Of a stretch of DNA of 32,000 bases, positions 26,753-32,000 are shown one piece after another (positions within the stretch are counted from its first letter, which is position 1; every line of letters begins with the position of its first letter). A program made the translations under genes and the position numbers. The notes below the pieces were generated by a model, which was given only the letters and a program-made list of their open reading frames with translations, searched no databases and was not told where the DNA came from. The stretch is taken from the NCBI RefSeq assembly GCF_019464535.1, contig NZ_CP080507.1, positions 2,490,001 through 2,522,000 on the forward strand, written 5' to 3'. The stretch comes from Horticoccus luteus. Lineage in GTDB: Bacteria > Verrucomicrobiota > Verrucomicrobiia > Opitutales > Opitutaceae.

Positions 26753-26914
26753 GATCGGGAGGGAAACGGTTTTCACGAACGGACGCGTGACGTTGCCGCA
26801 AATTTTCGTGCTTGAGGAGTGCCGACATGCTCGGACGGTCCGACGCATTTGACGATTGCGCCACCCCTCGCCGGACGGATTTGTTGGGTCCCCGCCACCG
26901 CGCGGATTTTCACC

Positions 26915-28267
26915 ATGCCACCCCAACGCTTCGCGTTCGTCGGCACCGGCGGCCGCGCCATGAGTTTCATCGAGCCGCTCGTCACCACCTACCGCGCCAC
27001 CAACGAGCTCGTCGCGCTCTGCGACCTCAGTCCTGCTCGCCTGGCTTATTACAACGGTTTGCTGGCCGGCGCCTGGGGCTATCACGCCGTCCCCGCGTAT
27101 CCCGCCGATCGTTTCGACGCGATGCTGGCGGAGACCAAGCCCGACGTCGTCTTCGTCTGTTCCAAGGACAGCACCCACCACGACTATATCATCCGGGCGC
27201 TGCTCGCCGGCTGCGACGTCATCACGGAAAAACCGCTGACCATCGACGCTGCGAAATGCCAGGCCATCCTCGAAGCGCAACGCGCCTCCGGCCGCCGGGT
27301 GCGCGTGGCGTTCAACTATCGCTGGGGGCCTTTCCGCACCAAGGTCCGCGAACTCCTCGCCGCCGGCACCATCGGCCGCGTGCATTCCGTGAATCTTGAA
27401 TACCTCCTCGATACCAATCACGGCGCCGACTACTTCCGCCGCTGGCACGCGCACGCCGCCGATTCGGGCACGCTCCTCGTGCACAAAAGCACGCACCATT
27501 TCGATCTGGTGAACTGGTGGCTCGATGCGATCCCCGCCCAGGTTTTCGCCTATGGCGATCTCGTCTTCTACGGTCGGAGAAACGCCGAGGCTCGCGGCGA
27601 CGGCCACCTCGCCGCCTACCCCCGCTACACCGGCGAACCGCGCGCCAAGGGCGATCCCTTCCGACTCGACCTCGACGAAAGCGAATCCTTTCGCGGCCTC
27701 TATCGCGCCGCCGAGGCCGACTCCGGCTACCTGCGCGATCGCAACGTGTTTCGCGACGACATCGACATATTCGACCAGATGTCGCTCAACGTCCGCTATC
27801 GCACCGGCGAAGTCCTCACCTACTCGCTCACCGCCTACAGTCCGCGCGAAGGCATGCGCGTGACGATGAACGGCGACCGCGGCCGGCTCGAATACAGCGA
27901 GTTCATCGGCACCCACATGAATCGCGCCGTGCGCCCGGGTGACTTCAAAATCGAAGACCAACCCGGCGCCGAGGCCGAGGGCGAGTCCATCCGCATCTAC
28001 CCGCATTTTCAGCCCAGCTATCTCGTGCCGCTTCCCCCGGCGAGCGGTGCCCATGGCGGCGCGGACGCGGTGCTCTGTCACTCCTTTTTCTCGCCCGATG
28101 CCCCCGCGACTGACCCGTTTCAACGCTTTGCCGGCCACGAACAAGGCGCCGCGTCGATCCTCGTCGGCATCGCGGCCGTCGAATCCATCAAACGCAATCT
28201 GCCCGTCAATCTCACCGACCTCGTGCCGCTCGTCCCCGCCGCCACGAAACTGAGCGAACTGGTGTAG
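26915..28267 (+). CDS. Gfo/Idh/MocA family oxidoreductase (cytoplasmic, 450 aa)
   Basis: I call the start at ATG 26915 (MPPQRFAFVGTGGRAMSFIEPLV). Motifs: DVITEKPLT, and HKSTHHFDLVNWW in the C-terminal dimerisation/substrate domain. No signal peptide. The opposite-strand ORF over this span translates to low-complexity Ala/Gly/Val/Arg text. Confidence 0.8.
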   Translation: MPPQRFAFVGTGGRAMSFIEPLVTTYRATNELVALCDLSPARLAYYNGLLAGAWGYHAVPAYPADRFDAMLAETKPDVVFVCSKDSTHHDYIIRALLAGCDVITEKPLTIDAAKCQAILEAQRASGRRVRVAFNYRWGPFRTKVRELLAAGTIGRVHSVNLEYLLDTNHGADYFRRWHAHAADSGTLLVHKSTHHFDLVNWWLDAIPAQVFAYGDLVFYGRRNAEARGDGHLAAYPRYTGEPRAKGDPFRLDLDESESFRGLYRAAEADSGYLRDRNVFRDDIDIFDQMSLNVRYRTGEVLTYSLTAYSPREGMRVTMNGDRGRLEYSEFIGTHMNRAVRPGDFKIEDQPGAEAEGESIRIYPHFQPSYLVPLPPASGAHGGADAVLCHSFFSPDAPATDPFQRFAGHEQGAASILVGIAAVESIKRNLPVNLTDLVPLVPAATKLSELV

Positions 28268-28299
28268 ACGCGCTTCCTTCCCCGCGCATCCTCATTCCC

Positions 28300-29001
28300 A
28301 TGCCCCTGCGTTACCTATTCGCGACCTTGCTGCTTGGCACCCTCGCGCACGCCGCTTCCGATGGCACTGTGCCGTTTACCCCCGACCTGAACGATTGGCT
28401 CGTCGAACAAATGCCCGGCGGTCACGTGACGGTCGCGAACGGCGCGCTCGTGATCGAGGACGTCGATGGCTGCACCGTCTGGTATCGGCATCGGCTCGTC
28501 GCGCCAGTTGAGATCACCTACGATGCCGAAGTCGTCATGCACGGCGGCCCGTGCGACCGCCTCTCCGATCTCAACTGCTTCTGGATGGCCGACACGCCGC
28601 GCGAACCCGCGGGCTTGATCGCCTCGACCGCGCATCGCACCGGACGCTTTACCGATTACGATTCGCTCGCGACCTACTACGTCGGTTACGGCGGCAATGA
28701 AAACACCACTACGCGCTTCCGCCGCTACACCGGGACCGGCGCACGGCCGTTGTTGCCGCAACACGACTTGCGTGCCCCCGCCATCTTGCTGACCGCCAAC
28801 CGCGTTTACCACCTCAAGCTCGTCGCGCGCGATGGCCGCGCCGAATTCTGGCGCGACGGCGAACGCATCTTTTCCTACGCCGATCCCGCTCCGTTGCGCT
28901 CAGGCTACTTCGGTTTTCGCACGGTCAAGAGCCACCTGATCATTCGCAACGTGCACATCACGACCGCCGGCGACGAAACCCTCGCGCCCCACGCGCGGTG
29001 A
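28300..29001 (+). CDS. Secreted DUF1961/DUF6250-like (YesU-like) concanavalin-A-like lectin/glucanase-fold protein
   Basis: ATG at 28300 with signal MPLRYLFATLLLGTLAHAAS. 233 aa. The pattern ...LNCFWMAD...YYVGYGGNENTTTRFRRY...YHLKLVARDGRAEFWRDGERIF...GYFGFRT resembles YesU-type proteins found in rhamnogalacturonan loci. This assignment is from memory, not from a search. Confidence 0.55.
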   Translation: MPLRYLFATLLLGTLAHAASDGTVPFTPDLNDWLVEQMPGGHVTVANGALVIEDVDGCTVWYRHRLVAPVEITYDAEVVMHGGPCDRLSDLNCFWMADTPREPAGLIASTAHRTGRFTDYDSLATYYVGYGGNENTTTRFRRYTGTGARPLLPQHDLRAPAILLTANRVYHLKLVARDGRAEFWRDGERIFSYADPAPLRSGYFGFRTVKSHLIIRNVHITTAGDETLAPHAR

Positions 29002-29135
29002 AATTCCTCGCGCCCGCCGCGTGGTTCAAGAATGTCGCCGCGCCCCGTCGAGCTCCGAGCGCCGCGGATTGACTGACTTCGCCCCGACCTGAGGAACCCA
29101 CTGCCGCCGGACAATCTTCGCGCCTCCGTTTTCCT

Positions 29136-30614
29136 GTGCTTCTCGCGCTCAACCACATCTCCAAAACCTACCCCGGCGCTCGCGCGCTGCGCGACGTGCA
29201 GTTCACGCTTCGCCCCGGCGAGGTGCACGCGCTGCTCGGTGAAAATGGTGCAGGGAAGAGCACGCTCATCAAAATTCTCACCGGCCTTGAGCCCGCCGAT
29301 CCCGGCGGCGAATTCCGCGTGGCGGACCAGCTGATCACCGAGCCTACGCCCCGCCACATGACCGCGCTGGGCCTCGCCGCCGTTTACCAAAACCCCACAT
29401 TGTTCAATGAGCTCTCCGTGATGGAGAACCTTTGTCTCGGTGAAGACGGCCCGGTGATTTCGTGGCGTGCCCGCCGGGCCCTGGCGCGCAGCCGGCTCGA
29501 CCGCATCGGCGTCACCCTCGATCTCGACCGCCCCGTGCGTTCCCTGCGCATGGCCGAAAAACAACTCATCGAAATCGCGCGCGCCCTCGGTCGCCACGCG
29601 CGCGTGCTCATCCTCGACGAACCCACCGCCGCGCTCTCCCGCGAAGACGCCGACCGGCTGCTCGACCTCGTGGAGAAACTTCGCGCCGACGGCTCCGGCA
29701 TCCTCTACATTTCTCACCGGCTCGAAGAGGTTCTGCGCATCGCCGACCGGTTCACCGTGCTGCGCGACGGCGCGTGGATCGGCTGCCACCCGCGCGCCGA
29801 CGTGGACCGCGCCCGCCTCATCCAGCTCATGGCCGGCCGCGAGCTCACCGAATTGTTTCCCAAAACACCGGTGACGCCCGGCAACATCGCCCTCGAAACG
29901 CGCGGCCTCACTTGTGCGGCGACCGGCGTGCGCGACATCAATTTGACCGTGCGGCGCGGCGAAATCCTCGGGCTCGCCGGTCTCGTCGGCGCGGGCCGCA
30001 CCGAATTGGCCCGCACTCTCTTCGGCCTCACGCCCGCGACCGCCGGAGAGATCCTCCTCGACGGAAAATCCGTCACGGTCCGCTCTCCCTCCGAAGCTAT
30101 TGCGCACGGACTCGCTTACGTGCCCGAGGACCGCAAAGCGCACGGCGTGATCGAAGATTTGTCGATCGCGGAAAATATTTCCCTCGCGCAACTTCGCCGC
30201 GAGGGAGGCCTCTGGTTGCACGACGCTCGCGAGCGGGCCATCGCCGCCGATTACTCGCACCGTCTCGGCGTAAAAGCGCCGTCGCTGCACACGCCCGCTC
30301 GCGCCCTGTCCGGCGGCAACCAGCAGAAAGTCGCCCTCGCCCGCTGGCTCGCCACTCATCCGCGCGTGCTGATCCTCGACGAGCCCACGCAAGGCATCGA
30401 TGTCGGCGCGAAGGCGGAACTTCACCGCCTGATGGGCGAGCTGGCCCGGCAGGGCCTCGCCCTCATCCTCATCTCCTCCGAACTTCCGGAACTCCTCGCG
30501 CTCGCCGACCGTATCGCCGTCATGCGCGAGGGCGGTGTGGCCGGCGTGCTCCCCGCTGCGGGCGCGACGCGCGAACACGTGCTGCAACTCGCCATGACGA
30601 AAGTCTCCGCGTGA
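29136..30614 (+). CDS. Sugar ABC transporter ATP-binding protein, fused double ATPase (CUT2: RbsA/RhaT-like)
   Basis: GTG at 29136, 492 aa. First cassette: Walker A GENGAGKST and ...LILDEPTAAL. Second cassette: GLVGAGRTE, signature LSGGNQQK and Walker B LILDEPTQGID. Confidence 0.9.
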   Translation: MLLALNHISKTYPGARALRDVQFTLRPGEVHALLGENGAGKSTLIKILTGLEPADPGGEFRVADQLITEPTPRHMTALGLAAVYQNPTLFNELSVMENLCLGEDGPVISWRARRALARSRLDRIGVTLDLDRPVRSLRMAEKQLIEIARALGRHARVLILDEPTAALSREDADRLLDLVEKLRADGSGILYISHRLEEVLRIADRFTVLRDGAWIGCHPRADVDRARLIQLMAGRELTELFPKTPVTPGNIALETRGLTCAATGVRDINLTVRRGEILGLAGLVGAGRTELARTLFGLTPATAGEILLDGKSVTVRSPSEAIAHGLAYVPEDRKAHGVIEDLSIAENISLAQLRREGGLWLHDARERAIAADYSHRLGVKAPSLHTPARALSGGNQQKVALARWLATHPRVLILDEPTQGIDVGAKAELHRLMGELARQGLALILISSELPELLALADRIAVMREGGVAGVLPAAGATREHVLQLAMTKVSA

Positions 30615-31546
30615 AATCCGCCCAACGCGAACTCGCCCTCCTCGGCGCCATTCTCGTGCTCGGCCTGCTGCCGCTCTTCGGCGTGCCGGGTTTTTATACC
30701 GTGGCCAATCTGCGCAACCTCGCGCTCGACAACGTGCCCGTTCTGGTCACCGCGATCGGCATGACCGCCGTCATCATCGTTGCGGAAATCGACATCTCGG
30801 TCGGCTCGGTCTTCGTCGTTTGCGGCGCCCTCGCCGGCCTGACCGCTCAAGCAGGACTGCCGATGCCGTTGGTCGTCGCCACCACCCTCGGCGCCGGCGC
30901 GCTCTTCGGCGCCGTCAACGGTCTGCTCGTCGCCTGGGCCCGCGTGCCGTCGATCATCGCGACGCTCGGCACCATGGCGATCCTCCGCAACGGCATCATC
31001 CACGCGACGGGCGGCGCGTGGATTCAAAATCTGCCCCCCGGATTCCAATGGTTCGGCCTCGGCCAAAACCTCGCGCAACCTGTCTATCTCATGCTCGCGC
31101 TCGCCCTCGTTGTCGCGGGTGTCTGGACGCTGCGGCAGACGTCGCTCGGCCGCTCGCTTTATGCGGTCGGTTGCGACCGGGTGGCGGCGCGGCGCGTCGG
31201 GCTCAATCCGCCCGCCATCATTCTCGCCGCGTTCGTTCTCCTCGGCACGCTCACGGCGATGGCCGCGTTGTTCAACTTCACGCGTTATCCCACCATCGAA
31301 ACCAACGCCGGCGTGGGCTTCGAGCTGCAGGTCATCGCGGCTGTCGTCGTCGGCGGCACGGCAGTCACCGGCGGCCGGGGCAATCTCCTCGGCACGCTCC
31401 TGGGCGTCGTGCTGCTGGGCATGATCGGCACCGTGCTCACGTTTTTGCACATCAACCCGGCGTGGGCGCAGGCGATCGAGGGACTCATCATCCTCGCCGC
31501 CGTCGTCAGCGACACCGCGTTTGGGCGGGACCACGCGCATGACTGA
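30611..31546 (+). CDS. Sugar ABC transporter permease (RbsC/RhaP-like)
   Basis: The GTG at 30611 overlaps the ATPase stop (GTGA). 311 aa. Multi-TM sequence: LLGAILVLGLL...AIGMTAVIIVAEIDISVGSV...GGTAVTGGRGNLLGTLLGVVLLG. The upstream part of the 694-aa track ORF is an Arg/Pro-rich out-of-frame artefact. Confidence 0.85.
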   Translation: MKSAQRELALLGAILVLGLLPLFGVPGFYTVANLRNLALDNVPVLVTAIGMTAVIIVAEIDISVGSVFVVCGALAGLTAQAGLPMPLVVATTLGAGALFGAVNGLLVAWARVPSIIATLGTMAILRNGIIHATGGAWIQNLPPGFQWFGLGQNLAQPVYLMLALALVVAGVWTLRQTSLGRSLYAVGCDRVAARRVGLNPPAIILAAFVLLGTLTAMAALFNFTRYPTIETNAGVGFELQVIAAVVVGGTAVTGGRGNLLGTLLGVVLLGMIGTVLTFLHINPAWAQAIEGLIILAAVVSDTAFGRDHAHD

Positions 31547-32000
31547 GACCGCTACCGCTCGCCCGCCTTGGCTGGCCCGCTGGTGCCCCAACGCCGAATG
31601 GGTGCTGTTGGTCGTGTTGGCGCTGGAGATTTCCGTCTTTGGACTGACCGCGCCCCATTTTTTCACGACCAACAACGCATTTGATCTGGTCCGCCAGGCC
31701 GCCGAGATCGGACTGCTCGTGCTCGGCCTCACGCCCGTGATCAAAACCGGCGGCATCGATCTTTCGGTCGCTTCCATGATGGGCTTGGCCGCCGTCGTGC
31801 TCGGCGGCGCCTGGTCGGTCCTCGGACTTCCCCTCGGCGCGGCGCTCGTCGTTACCCTGCTGCTCGGAGCCGCGGGCGGCGCGTTTCACGGCCTGCTCAT
31901 CACCCGCCTCCGCGTGCCGCCGCTCATCGTCACGCTCGGCACTTTCTCGCTCTATCGCGGCCTCGCTGAGGCGATGACCGGCGGTTACGCCAGCTACTCG
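31539..32000 (+). CDS. Second sugar ABC transporter permease (RbsC/RhaQ-like), 3' truncated by window edge
   Basis: The ATG at 31539 overlaps the preceding stop (ATGACTGA). The frame is open to the window end. Translation: MTETATARPPWLARWCPNAEWVLLVVLALEISVFGLTAPHFFTTNNAFDLVRQAAEIGLLVLGLTPVIKTGGIDLSVASMMGLAAVV.... It is absent from the ORF track because no stop lies in the window. Confidence 0.8.
   Translation, partial: MTETATARPPWLARWCPNAEWVLLVVLALEISVFGLTAPHFFTTNNAFDLVRQAAEIGLLVLGLTPVIKTGGIDLSVASMMGLAAVVLGGAWSVLGLPLGAALVVTLLLGAAGGAFHGLLITRLRVPPLIVTLGTFSLYRGLAEAMTGGYASYS

Noticed and set aside
26753-28144. N-terminal ~460 aa of the 901-aa minus-strand ORF (25439..28144), which would fuse a large domain onto the PL22 lyase
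   Set aside because: The translation is Ala/Gly/Val/Arg-rich with no recognisable motif. A clean signal peptide starts at the internal ATG 26752. The opposite strand encodes a recognisable Gfo/Idh/MocA protein, so this is an antisense high-GC open frame.
29462-30610. Upstream 383 aa of the 694-aa plus-strand ORF (29462..31546)
   Set aside because: It overlaps the ABC ATPase gene in another frame, with an extreme Arg/Pro composition. The real permease begins at the GTG at 30611, coupled to the ATPase stop.
28905-31777. Minus-strand ORFs of 560 aa (28905..30587) and 451 aa (30422..31777)
   Set aside because: They are antisense to the ABC ATPase and permease genes, whose Walker/signature motifs and TM patterns identify the true strand.
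1-32000. Search for CRISPR arrays, tRNA/rRNA genes, IS elements, integrases, toxin-antitoxin pairs or known defence-system genes
   Set aside because: I found no direct-repeat arrays, cloverleaf-like sequences, terminal inverted repeats, transposase/recombinase-like ORFs, or compositional islands. Every long ORF with motif support is metabolic, transport or regulatory.

Overview
This is a high-GC (roughly 65%) bacterial window. The gene content suggests Verrucomicrobiota/Opitutaceae: start codons without obvious Shine-Dalgarno sequences, a giant TonB-dependent receptor, several Gfo/Idh/MocA genes and a GH112 phosphorylase. That taxonomy is inference only. The first 3 kb holds the 3' end of alaS, a K+ channel gene and a hybrid sensor kinase. 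From about 3.0 kb to the window end there is one contiguous pectin / rhamnogalacturonan-I (RG-I) utilisation locus. It encodes: a large Tat-exported protein of uncertain family (possibly YetA/PL26-like); a LacI regulator; a tandem two-module CE12-type SGNH esterase; a long sodium:solute symporter; a 1270-aa TonB-dependent receptor followed by the only clean intrinsic terminator in the window; two cytoplasmic Gfo/Idh/MocA oxidoreductases; a GH112 phosphorylase; GH3; GH51; a second CE12 esterase; a PanE/ApbA-like reductase; a PL22 oligogalacturonate lyase; a secreted DUF1961/DUF6250-like protein; and a CUT2-type sugar ABC transporter (fused ATPase plus two permeases, the last one truncated by the window edge). 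I found no tRNA, rRNA, CRISPR array, transposase, integrase, phage gene or recognisable defence gene. I cannot point to a convincing new 'system' in the defence or mobile-element sense. The points most worth follow-up are the SusD-less architecture of this locus, its phosphorolytic Gal-Rha branch, the unassigned 921-aa Tat protein, and the oxidoreductases sitting where KduI/KduD-type functions might be expected. Many long ORFs in the six-frame track are antisense or out-of-frame high-GC artefacts and are listed as rejected.
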